Positions 1 through 14,600 of a stretch of DNA of 64,000 bases are shown one piece after another. Numbering within the stretch: the stretch's first letter is position 1; every line of letters starts with the position of its first letter. Origin of the DNA: Octopus vulgaris (lineage: Eukaryota); the NCBI GenBank assembly GCA_951406725.2, contig OX597836.1, positions 35,092,001 to 35,156,000 on the forward strand. The letters are read 5' to 3'. A program made the position numbers and the translations under genes. A model generated the notes under the pieces. The model ran no database searches, had not been told where the DNA came from, and was given only the letters and a program-made list of their open reading frames with translations.

Positions 1-226
1 GTTTGTGTGTTTGTAAGGTAGATGGAGAGATGATATTGATTTATATACGTTTATATATATATATATATCACTATTTATGTAGATATGTATATAATATATA
101 TGTACATACAAGTATTTTTATTTTTATATTTATGTATACATATGTATAGGTATATATATGTGTGGATATCTATATATATATGTATACAGATATAAGCATA
201 TACATATATACATACATGTATATATG

Positions 227-561
<335 letters not shown>

Positions 562-734
562 TTTACGAAGAAAGCAAAAGACGAAGACAGGTGGTGTACA
601 AAACAAAGTGATGTATTAGTACAACGCTCAGGAATAGAAAATGTCTTCTACGTTTCTACAGAAAGGGGCACAGAAAAGACAAGGAGAGAAAAAAATTTGT
701 GTAGTGGCTAACGATCTATCATGGAGGCTATATG

Positions 735-808
<74 letters not shown>

Positions 809-818
809 TATATATGTA

Positions 819-885
<67 letters not shown>

Positions 886-1051
886 GTATATACACACACA
901 CGTATGTTTATCTATGTAGATATGTATATATATACGTAGAAATACGTATGTTTATTTATGTATATATGTATACATATATATAAGGACATATATATGTGTG
1001 TATATCTCTATGTATATATATATGTATACAGATATAAGCATATACATCAAT

Positions 1052-1092
<41 letters not shown>

Positions 1093-1305
1093 ATTATGTC
1101 CACATATATAAACTTATCTATGTATGTCTATAAATATATATGTTTATACATTCATATATATATATATCTGTATACATATATATGTTTTTATATATAACTA
1201 TATATATATGTATTTATTTCCTTCTTTCCTTCTTTCCTGACCGTCCAATAATACTTTATTTGCTCCACATCCTTGCGTTGTTGTTTTTTGTTTTCTTGTT
1301 TGGAT

Positions 1306-1375
<70 letters not shown>

Positions 1376-2591
1376 TATATATATAGAGAGGGTGAGAGAG
1401 AGAGAATTAAGTGTATAGCAACAACTTGTTTCACCACATACCGAAAATTTAGAAGTAGCAGAAAAAAGTCAGCTAATTCCTGTAACTAGAGACATAGTGA
1501 ATGGAATTAGCTGTCTTCGGCTGCTATTTCTAAAATTTCGGTTTGTGGTGAAGCAACTTGTTGCTAAACACGTAATTATATTTATAATTATGTATAAAAA
1601 AAAACAACTTTTTGTACAAGGTTTTACCGATAAATGTTCTTTTTCCATACCAAAACTACTTGCTAATATTTATTAATTATTAAATTAATACTACTTTACT
1701 CTAAATAGGCAAATAATTATGGGATGTAGTCTATTTGTAGAACTACAAAATTTCAAGACATGCACACACATCTAGATCTGCTTCTTTCTTTCTTTCTTTC
1801 TTTTCTTTTAAAGTATATAACGGTGAGTTGGTATAGGTGTAGGATAGGTCGCATTTGGGGGCTGCTATTCACTGCTTAACTCCCACCCCTCAAACACACA
1901 CACTTCTGTCTTTCTTTCCTTTTTTAAAGAAGGTAATGGTGAGGCGGGAAAGGTGTAAGATAGGTAGGTAATTTAGGGCTGCTATTTTCTGCTTACATCC
2001 TACTTACCATCTCAAACACACACACATTTCAACATCTTCTTTCTTTCTTTCTTTAATTTTTTAAAGAAGATGGGGTTGAGCTGGTATAGGTGTGGGGTAG
2101 TTAGTTGTTTGTGGCTAGTATTGGCTGCTTAACTCCCAGCCCCCATCACTCTCTCTCCCTCTCTTTCTCTCTTTACTTCTTTCTCACACTCACATCCCTA
2201 TAAGCCCTTATTCATATCCACGTACAAAAAATTCCTGAAAGCTATTGGGGAAATTTTGGTAGTAATGCGTCGTAAGCTTTGAACGCAAAAATCCATGCGT
2301 GACCTCTTCTGAGAGCGATACGATGAACTTTTATCTTTAACCATAATATATTTAAAGGAATCGTTTATAACTGTTCATATAAGATTGCAGTGTGTGTGTT
2401 TGGGTGTTTGTAAGGTAGATGGAGAGATGATATTGCTTTATATACCTTTATATATATATATATATAACTATAATAATATTAGGGAGTAAATCCAAACTTA
2501 CAGGGAAAAATTAGATTTAGCTTTATCTCTAATTTGATATATATATATAACTCTATATTTATATACTAATCTGTAATTATCTGACGCTATT

Positions 2592-2629
<38 letters not shown>

Positions 2630-2631
<2 letters not shown>

Positions 2632-5600
2632 AAATGATAGAAAGAGACAGCGCACACGAATGTGTAAATTCTATCTGAAAGGTGTCTGCTGGCATTGAGA
2701 GGAATGTGCAGGGTGGCGTTTTGCACACCAAAAACCCTGCCACATAAACATGAATCAGGGCAGAACCCAACTACTAAAAGGAAAAGGAATGGATCACGCA
2801 CCACCTGCCCCAAAACGGAGGTACTCAGATGTAGTGCGTGCTACAAACCACCAACATGTTATTGAAAGGGCAGCTGCTGAATAAGAATCTATTTTGCGCA
2901 TGGCACAAAAGATTGTACAGCAGCTATCCTGGCTCCATCAAACTCAAACTCGCAGATGGGACTATCCAGAATACGCAAGACCGCCACAGCAAATAGACCC
3001 AAGGTGGACACCACAGGCAACAGCACATATATCACCTCGATGCTCCTACTGAAGATCAGAGGACTGCTAACACTCAGTAACAGGACAAAAATCCCGTTCA
3101 TGAGAGACCATGTTGCATGCAATCAAGCCTTATGCATAGCACTTACGGAAACACACCTGAAACTGGACATAGCAGATGCGGAATTACACATACTACAGTA
3201 TGTTGTATTACGGACCGACAGAAAAGAAAGGAGTCATGGGGGAGTTGCTATGTACATCCGCGAGGACCTCACACCCCAGGTCCTTTTGTCATACTCAAAT
3301 TCGGTGTGTGACACACTAATTGTACATATAAGGCAACTTGGTGTAGTTATATGTGCTACATATCGCTCTCCAGATGCCCCAAGCCATGTAGGTAAGTTTG
3401 AAGGCTGCCTTATAAAAATAGAAGTTCTAGTCACATTAGAACAATACATAAGTGTACTTCTTATGGGAGACTTCAATCTGCCCAATGTCAGATGGCCCGA
3501 GGTTCTTTCTCTCCCAGGAATGACACGATGCGAACGAGGACAGGCGAGGTCCCTCCTGAACCTCATCAACACTCTGTACATGGAGCAAATAATACTCCAA
3601 CCAACCAGGGCAGGTAACATACTGGATCTCTGCTTCACAAATAATATGGATCTCATCCAGAATGTGAAAGTGACACCGACACTCCTCTCGGATCACAACA
3701 TGGTAGAGCTGACCATGTACGGGCCAAAGGAAAGCATGGACATGCAGTCTACAAGAAATTCTCAGAATCTTTCCAGCTTGAACTTCCATAAGGCAAACTG
3801 GAAACAAATTGAGAAAGAGATCCTCAAACAAAACTGGCCTGAATGTCTCTCCTCGCCAGACATCGACAAGAAACTTCAACAATTCATATCTGTAATGCAA
3901 TCCATATGCTACAAATGTGTCCCAGAGAGAAAGGCCACTGTACACAAGAACAAAATCCCCAGAGAGAGGAGATTTCTAATGAGACCGCGTACTAAAGTTT
4001 CAAATCGCCTAAACAAGCAAATTGAAAGCAGTGTAAGTGCCGCCTGAAAATAAAACTGTTGGAAATTGAAAAATATCTGCAACTCTCACATGAAAAAGAA
4101 AGAGCAGACAAAGAAGCCTGGGCTATAGACAACATAAAATCTAACCCCAGAACTTTCTACAGGTATGCCAAAGAAACAGCTACGGTGCACTGTAGGATAG
4201 GGCCACTCATTGAAAAGGATGGCACACTCACAGGAAATCCAATGAGGATAAGTGAAATACTAAATGAGCAATTCAAGAATATTTTCACTCCACCCCTAGG
4301 GCATTTTCAAGTCAGCAATCCAACTGACTTCTTAACCACTGCAGATATAAAATCAGAGGCAGCGATGATTGATTACATCAATATAAAGGAAGACGATGTA
4401 ATAAAGGCTATAGATGAAATGAAAATAAACTCAGCTACTGGCCCCGATGTATTCTCAGCAATCCTTCTAAAAGTATGTAAGAGAGTACTAGCAAGACCAC
4501 TGCAGTTCCTCTTTCAGTTCCTTGCAACTGGTAAACTTCCAAGAAAACTGAAGGAAGGTAAAATATGCCCTATTCATAAAGGAGGTAGCAGAGCGGAGGC
4601 CAAGAACTACAGGCCTAATTTTCTGACCTCACACATCAGCAAGTTCATGGAACGAATAGTCAGAAGGAAACTAGTCACCTTCCTTGAAGAAAATGACTTG
4701 CTGCCTGACACCCAACATGGTTTCCGACCAGGAAGAAGCTGCCTAACTCACCTCCTACAACACTATGACTGGGTGCTGAAACGACTGCTCAACCACTCAA
4801 ATGTGGAAGTCATATAACTCGACTTTGCAAAGGCCTTTGATAAAGTCGATAATGGAATGATATGTCACAAACTGCGTGATCTTGGCCTTGTTGGAAAATT
4901 GGGAGAATGGCTTCATGACATTCTGAAGGATAGAAGTCAGGTGATAGTAGCCAAGGGGGCCACTTCCATTAACACGCAAATAGTGAGCGGTGTTCCGCAA
5001 GGCACTGTTTTGGGACCACTACTGTTTATAATGGCCCTCTCAGACATGCCCTCAGCCACGCAGAGAGCCACGATCACAAGTTATGCAGATGATACAAAAG
5101 TTTCACAGGCAATACAGAACCCTGAAGACAGTAAGCTTTTGCAATGTGAGCTGGACAAAATATACAAGTGGGCTGAAAAGAATAGCATGCAGTTCAATGC
5201 TGAAAAGTTTCAAGCTTTATGCTATCAGCATACAAAACTAAATGCAATACCCAATAAATACACTGAACCTGGAGGGATTGCAGTCTCAGAGGCACAATCA
5301 GTGCGAGACCTGGGTATTTACATGAGTGATGATGCAACATTTCATGTGCATGTTGCTAAACTGGCAATGAAATGCAGGCGGATGACCGGATGGATTCTTA
5401 GAACCTTTAGAACAAGAGACCAGGAAACCATGATGGTCCTCTGGAGGACACTTGTCCTAAGCAACTTTGACTATTGCTCTCAGCTATGGTCACCATCCAG
5501 TGTCAAGTTAATCACAGAACTTGAGGCGATCCAACAAAGCTACACGAAGATAGCCTCTGGGCAGCACATAAGCTATTGGGAAAGACTCAAGAGATTAAGA

Positions 5601-6058
5601 CTCTATTCCTTAGAGCGTAGGCGAGAAAGATATGCCATAATATACATCTGTTAGATCCTAGAAGGACTTGTCCCAAACTTTGGCATCGAGAGTTACAAAA
5701 ATGGGCGCCACTGCATAGTGCCAAGGACTCCAAATTTGCCATCAAAATGTAGGACAAGATACTGTGATAGCCTGGGCTTCAGAGACCCACAGCTCTTCAA
5801 TATCCTCCCGAAGAACCTGAGAGACCTGCATGGGGTGGATGCAGATGTCTTTAAAATAAAACTGGATCTCTTCCTGTTAGGTGTCCCAGATGAACCAACT
5901 TCACGGCAGGAGGTGCAGATGAGGGCAGCTGCATCGAACTCTCTCATGCACCAAATGGCAATTGCTAAAAAGCATTCGTTTAGTAAAACCATGTAGCAAC
6001 GCCAAATGGCGGTGCCCAGCATGGCCACAGCTCGTGAGCTGAATCTAGATAAAAAAAG

Positions 6059-6061
<3 letters not shown>
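2630..6061 (+). mobile_element. Non-LTR retrotransposon (CR1-like LINE), degenerate, copy 1
   Basis: APE endonuclease motifs (ALTETHL, GGVAMY, GDFNLP, NILDL, SDHN) in ORF 2956-4047. RT motifs (QHGFRPGRSC, DFAKAFD, SGVPQGTVLGPLLF, YADD) in 4059-5654. Broken by frameshifts and stops; A-rich 3' tail at ~6051. Confidence 0.92.
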
Positions 6062-6110
<49 letters not shown>

Positions 6111-6267
6111 TACGCGCACACGCACATACACACACACGCACTCACATACACATATGCATTCACACACACACATCTCGGCTTCTTTCTTTCACTTTTTATT
6201 TTTCAAAGAAGGGAAGTTTGAGCTGGCATATGGGTGGGGGAGAGGTTTCTAGGGCTGCTATTTTTTG

Positions 6268-6319
<52 letters not shown>

Positions 6320-6780
6320 TTCCTTCTTTTCTTTATTTCCTTTTTCAAAGAAGGTAAGGGTGAGAAGATAGAGAAATGGAGAGAGAGAGAGAGAAATATA
6401 TCCAAAGACATAGAGCTGTAAGTGACCTTCTATGTACCCCAAAATCCCGGTCTTCCAAGAAGTCAAATGATATCTTTAGAAATTTCTAAAGGTTTCTACT
6501 GCTGTGTGAGGAGGTGGATGTGGGTGACGGCCGCCTACTGACCTCCCCTACCCCCACAACTGCATACAGTATCACAAAAGCAATGTTTGAATGTTTGAAA
6601 ATATTAAAACAGCCGGTGGAGGCCAATGCTGACCCGCGGCCTAGATATGCTGCAGCCCTCAACCTCATACCTACAAATACATATTGAATACTTATTACAT
6701 TAAGTATTTCAACTGGAATTAATACTATGTGTGGTCAGAATTGATATCTAACTGGTCATGTCTCCCTACTTTGTTATATA

Positions 6781-7161
6781 TCTATATATATAAAACTGTA
6801 GTTGTGTGAGTGTCTGTCCCCTTCGATTTAGATTCCTAACTACTCCCACATTTTGCGGTGCAGTTTAACCAAAACCGGGTATCTTATAGTCGTGATTCAT
6901 ATCGAGCCCGTCTGCGTACTAACGCGCGTCTACGATGAGTCTACGATTTTAATAATAATTTAACATCATTTTTTTCCATTTTCATGCATATTTTTTTAAA
7001 GGGAAGTAACTCTCTAAAAATGTCTACGATAAGTCAACGATTTAAAAAAAATTTAGAATCATATTTTTTCCATTTTTAATGCATTTTTTTGCTATAACTC
7101 TCTAAAAATGCTGTATAGTTATTTCCCTTACAAACCCGAGCAACGCCGGGCGATTCTGCTA

Positions 7162-7162
<1 letters not shown>
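6781..7162 (+). mobile_element. Non-autonomous Helitron
   Basis: A|TCTATATATATAAAA 5' end, subterminal GC hairpin CCCGAGCAACGCCGGG, CTAG|T 3' end, no TSD, short internal duplication. Confidence 0.8.
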
Positions 7163-7216
<54 letters not shown>

Positions 7217-7218
<2 letters not shown>

Positions 7219-8318
7219 GATATCATCATCAGAAGATAAGTAAAATTCATTAAAATGACAGATGTATCGGACTTTCAAAGAGGTCAAATTGTTGGTGCTC
7301 GTATGGCAGGCGCTAGCGTAACGAAAACAGCCGAAATGTTTGGTGTATCAAGAACTACTCTCTCGAAAGTAATGATAGCCTTTGAGAAACGGAAAAACCT
7401 CCTCCTCGAAACAAAACTCCAGAAGAAATTCAAAACTTCCAGATAAGGACCGTCGAACTCTTACGCGCATTGTTAGAAGGGATACAAAAGTACAGCTCCC
7501 AAAATTATCACAGAGCTTAATGACCACCCCGAGAACCCAGTTTTCACTAAAAGTGTTCGCCGGGAGCTGCACAAAGCCAAATTTCACGGTCGGGTTGCAA
7601 TCAGAAAACCACTATCTTCAAAAAACAAACGTTGCAAAGCGTTTAGAGTGAAGTAAAAACCTACAGAATTGCTCCTTAGAGCAGAGGAAGAATGTTATTT
7701 TCTCGGACGAGTCATCGTTTACCTTATTTCCGACCACCGGCCGAGTATACGTGTGGAGACAGCCACAAGAAGCATTTGACTCAGACTGCTTTCTTCCAAC
7801 TGTTAAACATGGAGGCGGATCTATATCTTGGAAATCCGCCGGCCCAATGTTTTCCCGTCATGGCAGAATTAATAGTCTAGACTACTTAAGCATTTTATCT
7901 GATTAAATTCATCCTATGGTTGCGGAACTGTTTCCGGAGAGAAACGCAATCTTTTAGGATGATAATGCACCAATTCACACAGCTAAAGTTGTTACTAAAT
8001 TGCACGAGGAACATTCTAGTGGAGTTGAACATCTCATCTGGCCACCACAGTTCCCAGATCTCAATATTATTGAACATTTATGGTGCCTTTTAGGAAAACA
8101 AATAAGGAGTCGATATCCTCCACCATCGTCACTACAAGAACTGAAGACAGTTTTAGCTAAAATATGAAGAAAAATTACTTTGGAAACAATTCAAACTTTG
8201 TACGAGTCCATACCTCGAAGAATTCAAGCTATAATTACTGCCGAAGGCGTTCCCACCCCCTATTAAAATAAAATCGTTTGAAATTTTAAGGTCTTTCCAT
8301 TATTTTGTCGAACCTGTG
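7217..8318 (+). mobile_element. Tc1-family (DD34E) transposon remnant
   Basis: N-terminal HTH (SDFQRGQIVGARMAGASVTKTAEMFGVSR), FSDES, DNAPIH, WPPQFPDLNIIEHLW across frameshifts and stops. 3' TIR-like end ...CCATTATTTTGTCGAACCTGTG|TA; 5' end lost at a TA tract. Confidence 0.88.
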
Positions 8319-8418
8319 TATGTACGTATATACATACATACATACATATATACATACATACATACATACAAATATACATACATATATATGAGAGCGATAC
8401 AAACACACATATATATAT

Positions 8419-8479
<61 letters not shown>

Positions 8480-9946
8480 GTGAGAGAGAGTATATCCAAC
8501 AGCTATTTGTTATTATATATACTTGAAGGTAAGCGCTAAAGGACTGAAGCAGTTTTCGGCCGTGGGTCAATGTGGGCCTCCACCGTCAGGTTTCATAGTT
8601 TGGAACTTTCAAATATACCTTCGGTGATGGTCCAGTGTGTTTAAGCATAAATGTAGGCAGGGAGTTGAGGGGATGGGATCAGTCAGCCACATCTCCTTTC
8701 CACCTCCCTACTCATCTTGAAAGCTCTTTAGAAATTTGAAAAGTTTAATGTGTCTCTTTGTAAGTCCGAGGTGCAGGGGACACACATTCTTTATATATAT
8801 AAATAGTTAAATGTCTAGCAACAAGTTGCTTCACCACAAACTGAAAATTTAGGAATAGCAGACAAAGACAGCAAAACTGTTTTACTAGAGACATTGTGAA
8901 AGGAATTACCTGTCTTCTGCTGCTAATTCTAAATTTTCGGTGTGGTGAAGCAACTTTTTGCTAAACCCTTAATTATATTTATAATTATATATATAAAAAA
9001 AATTTTGTGCAAGTTTTTAACGATAATGTTTCTCTTTCCATACCGAAATTACTTGGTAACATTTATTAATTATTAAATTAATAATTCTTTACCCTAAATA
9101 GGTAAAAAAATTTTGGGATGTAGTTTATTCGTAGTAAAACAAAATTTCAAGAAACACAAACACACATATCTTATTAGCTTCTTCCTTTCGTTTCCTTTTT
9201 AAAGTAGGTATAGTTGTAGGATAGGTCGCATTTTGGGCTGCTATTCATTGCTCATCTCCCACCATCACCCTCAAATATACACACGTCTTTTAGCTTCTGT
9301 CTTTCTTTCCTTTTTTCATTTAAGGTAATGGTGAGACGGTAAAGTTGTAGACGGTAAAGGTAGGTATTTTGGGCTGCTATTTTCTGCTTATCTCCCCACC
9401 CACCATCACAAACACACACACATTTCAATAGCTTCTTCATTTCTTTCTGTCTTTCTTTATTTAATTTTTTAAAGAAGGTGGGGTTTGAGCTAGTATAGGT
9501 GCGGGGTACGTAGTTGTTTGTAGCTAGTATTGGCTGCTTAACTCCCAGCCCCCATCACACACTCTCTCTCTCTCTCTCTCTCTTTACTTCTTTCTCTCAC
9601 ACACACATCCCTATAAGTCCTTACGTAGACACATGTCAGGTACAAATAATTCATGGGAGCTATTGGGGACATTTTGGTAGAACTGCGTCGTAAGCTTTGG
9701 ACGCAACATTCCATGCGTGACCTCTTCTGTGAGCCATACGATGGGCTTTTACCTTTAACCATAGTACATTTAAAGGTATATGTATTATATCTGTCTTGAA
9801 GAATAGTATATTTAGGTGTAAATATAATATATATTAGTTTTGATGCATCGTTTATAATTGTTGGTATAAGACTTCAGCATTAGTATAAGTAATAAAAGGT
9901 AATACATTATATGCGTGCGCATAAACACGCATATATATATATATAG

Positions 9947-9980
<34 letters not shown>

Positions 9981-10001
9981 ACACACACACATACACACAC
10001 T

Positions 10002-10069
<68 letters not shown>

Positions 10070-10203
10070 CAGAAAAAATTTAGATTCAAATGAATATGGT
10101 ACTTAATTTAGATGCACCAGAATTTTGGATGGTGTAATCCATAAAAATCCGTGGCGTGATCATAATCAAAATAAGCAACAAGAATGACTCCGGTCATGGA
10201 TAA

Positions 10204-10258
<55 letters not shown>

Positions 10259-10389
10259 TGTGTGTGTGTTTGTAAGGCGAAAGAAAGATGATATTGACTT
10301 ATATACTCTATATATAGTTATATAGGTGTCTGTAGTTATATGAAGCTATACATATATATATATATACATATATGTATATATATACAGAA

Positions 10390-10420
<31 letters not shown>

Positions 10421-10453
10421 GATATATATATATATATACACATATATATATAT

Positions 10454-10494
<41 letters not shown>

Positions 10495-10635
10495 TATATA
10501 TACATATATATATACATATATACATATAGGTATATATATATATATATATATATATTTCTCTATATTTTACCCTCTCCCATTCACTGTTATATAGATATAT
10601 ACCCTGCACACATATCGTTCACGGGCACACAATTA

Positions 10636-10699
<64 letters not shown>

Positions 10700-11001
10700 T
10701 GTAGGGTAAAGAGTTAGTAATTTCATAATTAATAAATTTTACCAGGTAATTTCGGTAAGGTAAAAAGAACCATTATCGTAAAAACTTGTTTATCGTAAAA
10801 ACTTGGCGGCCCATGGTGACCCGCGGCCTAGAAATGCTTCAACCCTCAATCGCACACTTACAATATATATTAACTACATATTCCGCGAAGGACATATTCT
10901 CTCCCCCATTCTCACTTATTCTCTCTCTCTTTCCATATATGTATTCTTTTATTCCTTTACCTATCTACCTGTCTATGTATGTATGTATGTATGTATGTAT
11001 G

Positions 11002-11067
<66 letters not shown>

Positions 11068-11621
11068 CCTATCTGTCTGTCTTTCTCTCTATCTGTCTGC
11101 CTGCCTGTCTGCCTGCGTATCTGCCTCCCTGTCTATCTATCTGTCTATGTATCTCTCTGTCTCTATCAATCTTTCTTTCTATCTAGGTACATATCTATCT
11201 GTCTATCTTCATTTCCACCTGTCTATCCATACCTGGGGCTATACCGAGGCGAAAACACACGCACTCATGTACACACACACACACACATTTATTCATATAT
11301 GTACCTGTATGTACGGGTGTGTGTGTGTGTACATGTATGTGAGTTTTCCCCATAATGTATATGCCTATGTGTCTGTGAGTACACGTTTATCTATTAGAAG
11401 TAGATTTACGTACATATTTACACACATCAATGTTGAGCTTTCAATATTTAGCCAATATAATAGTATCTACACACAGATGTACCTTCATATAGACACTATT
11501 ATTCATGTCCATGTACTCGCATATCGATTTCTAAAAAGATCTCTTCTCAATTTTGAAATTCAAGAAAAAAAAGAAAAAGAAGAAAAGAAAAAAACAGACG
11601 CCAAATCTTCTTTACTTTAAG

Positions 11622-11627
11622 TTTATT
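11622..11627 (-). promoter_or_regulatory. Putative polyadenylation signal of ZNF copy A
   Basis: AATAAA on the minus strand ~115 nt after the TAA, followed by a T-rich tract; the same motif is at the equivalent position in the other full copies. Confidence 0.55.
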
Positions 11628-11741
11628 AATGATTGCGTTACATGAAATATATGAAATTAGAGTCTCTGAGATGTGGTCTGCAAAAGACGCCACGAAATTA
11701 TGCCTGGTGGAAGAATCTTTCCTCTTACGATCATTCGGAAA

Positions 11742-12795
11742 TTATAAACCGACGGTCATCTGAAAGGGAAAATGGAATTATTGATAAAATATATATGAAA
11801 GTATCAGAGTGGAATGTACTAATGCCCAAATGAATCTCTATGGCTGGATATCACAAAAATTCATATTTTATAATTGAGACTTATCCCTAATGAATGGAGT
11901 GTAGAAACGATCTTTTCAGTAATTTGAAAATATGAATCAGAATTGAGAAATAAATATAAAGTAATGGGAAAAGGAGCGAAATCTCTTATAAATCAGTCCA
12001 TATTGACTTAAGAAATAATTTCAGATTGGATAATTAAAGCTTCACATATGAAAACAGAGTGGAAATCGTTAGAATGTCAACGTTTTTCAGCATTTTAACT
12101 TCGATTTGTCTGAGCTAAGACTCAAAATCTGCAGCTAAATATTTACAAGGTAAATTAGGTGAAAACATACCAGAAAGTACTGCCAATGGGCTTCGTGGAC
12201 TTTTTGCTCCATTGTTTTACTCGGAGTAGCATCTGTTGCATTACATACTTTAACGTGGTCCCTTGATTTTTGACGCGACGGAAACGTCTTGTGACATCGT
12301 CCACATTCGAATGGTTCATCTATAAAATGCTTCAAAACATGGTCCTGAAATGTAACGATATTAATTGTTCGTTTCAATGTATTGATATGTTATACATAAA
12401 CAGAAATCAATGAATTTGGAAATATTAAATACATTCATAGAGTATAAAGTAAAATATAATAATAATATGAATATACATACATTGAAATGACCACGGTGTC
12501 TGAAATGTTTATCACAAAGTTTACAGGTAAACCGAAATTTCTCTTCATGAACAAGCTTGTGGTAGTTTAATGAAGTATTTCGAGTGAATCTCTTCTTACA
12601 TATGTCGCACTGGTACGGCTTGACGCCTGTAAAAAGAAAGTAATAATTATCATTATTTGAACATGATTAAAATACTTTGAGCATCAACTGAAATAAAATG
12701 TATAAATGCAATGACTTACCGTAATGACTCCTCATGTGAGTTGTTAATGAAGATTTCGAAGTAAATGTCTTGGAACATAATGAACATGTGCACAT
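11742..12795 (-). CDS. Spliced C2H2 zinc-finger gene, copy A (intact-looking, ~137 aa, 3 C2H2 + 1 C2HC finger)
   Basis: Exons 12795-12720, 12626-12481, 12344-12171, 11759-11742. Introns are GT..AG (G|GTAAGT..TTTTTACAG, AAT|GTATGT..ATTTCAG, CTG|GTATGT..CCTTTCAG) with compatible phases 1,0,0. Product MCTCSLCSKTFTSKSSLTTHMRSHYGVKPYQCDICKKRFTRNTSLNYHKLVHEEKFRFTCKLCDKHFRHRGHFNDHVLKHFIDEPFECGRCHKTFPSRQKSRDHVKVC...WQYFLMTVGL*. HYGVKPY resembles the HTGEKPY linker. The start codon and last exon are less certain; further upstream exons are possible. Confidence 0.8.
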
Positions 12796-14314
12796 CGTGC
12801 TTATATTGTATAAGTTGGGATTAAGAAATGGAAAAAATTGATGTAGTTTATATGTGTGTGTGTGGTTTGTATAATCTTGTATATCTAATTAGAAATATTT
12901 AAAGAAATATAAGTGTGTGTATAATGTAAATCGATGTAGATGTGAAAGGCAAGAGAGGGAGAGAAGCTGGTCACCTTCCTGTCATATACTAAGGTATGAA
13001 TAGGTAAATAATTAAGGGATGCAGCCTATTTGTAGTACTACAAATTTTCAAGACACTCACACACACACATACACATCTTATTCGCCTCTTTCTTTGTTTC
13101 TTTCTTTCTTTTTAAAGTAGGTAAAGGTGAGATGGTATAAGTGAAGGATAGGCCGCATTTGGAGGCTGCTATTCACTGCTTAACTCCCACCCCTAAAAAA
13201 ACACACACGTCTTTTAGCTTTTGTCTTTCTTTCCTTTTTTAAAGAAGGTAATGACGTGGCGGGAAAGGTGTCGAATAGGTAGGTGATTTGGGCTGCTATT
13301 TTCTGCTTACCTCCCATCAACCATCACAAACACACACACATTTCAATAGCTTCTTTATTTCTGTCCTTCTTTCTTTACTTCATTTTTTATAAAAGGTAAA
13401 TTTCAGCTGGTATAGGTGTGGTGTAGTTAGTTGTTTGTGGCTAGGATTGGCTGCTTAACTCCCAGCCCCCATCACTCTCGCTCTTTCTCTCTCTCTCTTT
13501 CTCTCTCTCTGTCTCTCTCTCTCTATTTGCTTCTTTCTCTCACACACACATCCCTATAAGCCCTTACGTAGACACATGTCAGGTACAAATAATTCATGGG
13601 AGCTATTTGGGAAATTTTGTTAATACTGCGTCGTAAGCTTTGAACGCAACAATCCATGCGTGAACTCTTCTGTGAGCGATACGAAGGACTTTTACCTTTA
13701 AGCCTAATATATTTAAAGGTATGTGAATTATATTTATGTTTAAATATTACATATTTTGGGGTGAATATAGTATAAATTCCTTTAAACGAATCGTTTAAAA
13801 TTGTCCATATAATATTTTAATATTGGTATAAGGAATAAAAGTTAATAGCTTATATGCGTACGTATACACATATATGTGAGTGTTTGTGTGTTTGTAAGGC
13901 AGATGGAGAGATAAAATCGATTTATATACCTTTATATATATATATATATATAACTATTTATGTAGGTATATGTATATATATATATGTACATACAAGTATT
14001 TTTATTTTTATATTTATGTATACATATGTATAGGTATATATATGTGTGATATCTATATATATATGTATACAGATATAAGCATATACATACATATATACAT
14101 ATATGTATATATGTATATATATATATATATATATACTGGAGAGTTTAAGGAAAAAGCAAAAGACGAAGACAGGTGGTGTATAAAACAAAGTGATGTATTA
14201 GTACAACGCTTAGGAATAGAAAAAGTCTTTTAGGTTTCTACTGAAAGGGCACAGAAAAAACAAGGAGAGAAAAAATTTGTGTAGTGGCTAACGATCTATC
14301 ACGGCGGCTATATG

Positions 14315-14403
<89 letters not shown>

Positions 14404-14563
14404 ATATACACACTCGTATGTTTATCTATGTAGATATGTATATATATACGTACAAATACGTTTGTTTATTTATGTATATATGTATACATATATATATGGA
14501 CATATATATGTGTGTATATCTATATATATATATATGTATACAGATATAAGCATATACATCCAT

Positions 14564-14600
<37 letters not shown>

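Noticed and set aside
1750-2150. Regularly spaced short repeats resembling a CRISPR-like array
   Set aside because: Eukaryotic context, the 'spacers' are homologous to each other, and there are no cas genes.
2956-5654. Possible active or domesticated reverse transcriptase
   Set aside because: Multiple stops and frameshifts in both copies, including within RT motifs.
11633-11833. Repeated plus-strand ORF MRYMKYMKLES… (also 16249, 53413)
   Set aside because: TTG start, frame not kept in all copies; it is the antisense of the ZNF last exon and 3' UTR.
12135-12377. Single-exon 80 aa ORF MKRTINIVTFQDHVLKH…
   Set aside because: It is ZNF exon 3 plus flanking intron sequence; it starts at TTG inside intron 2.
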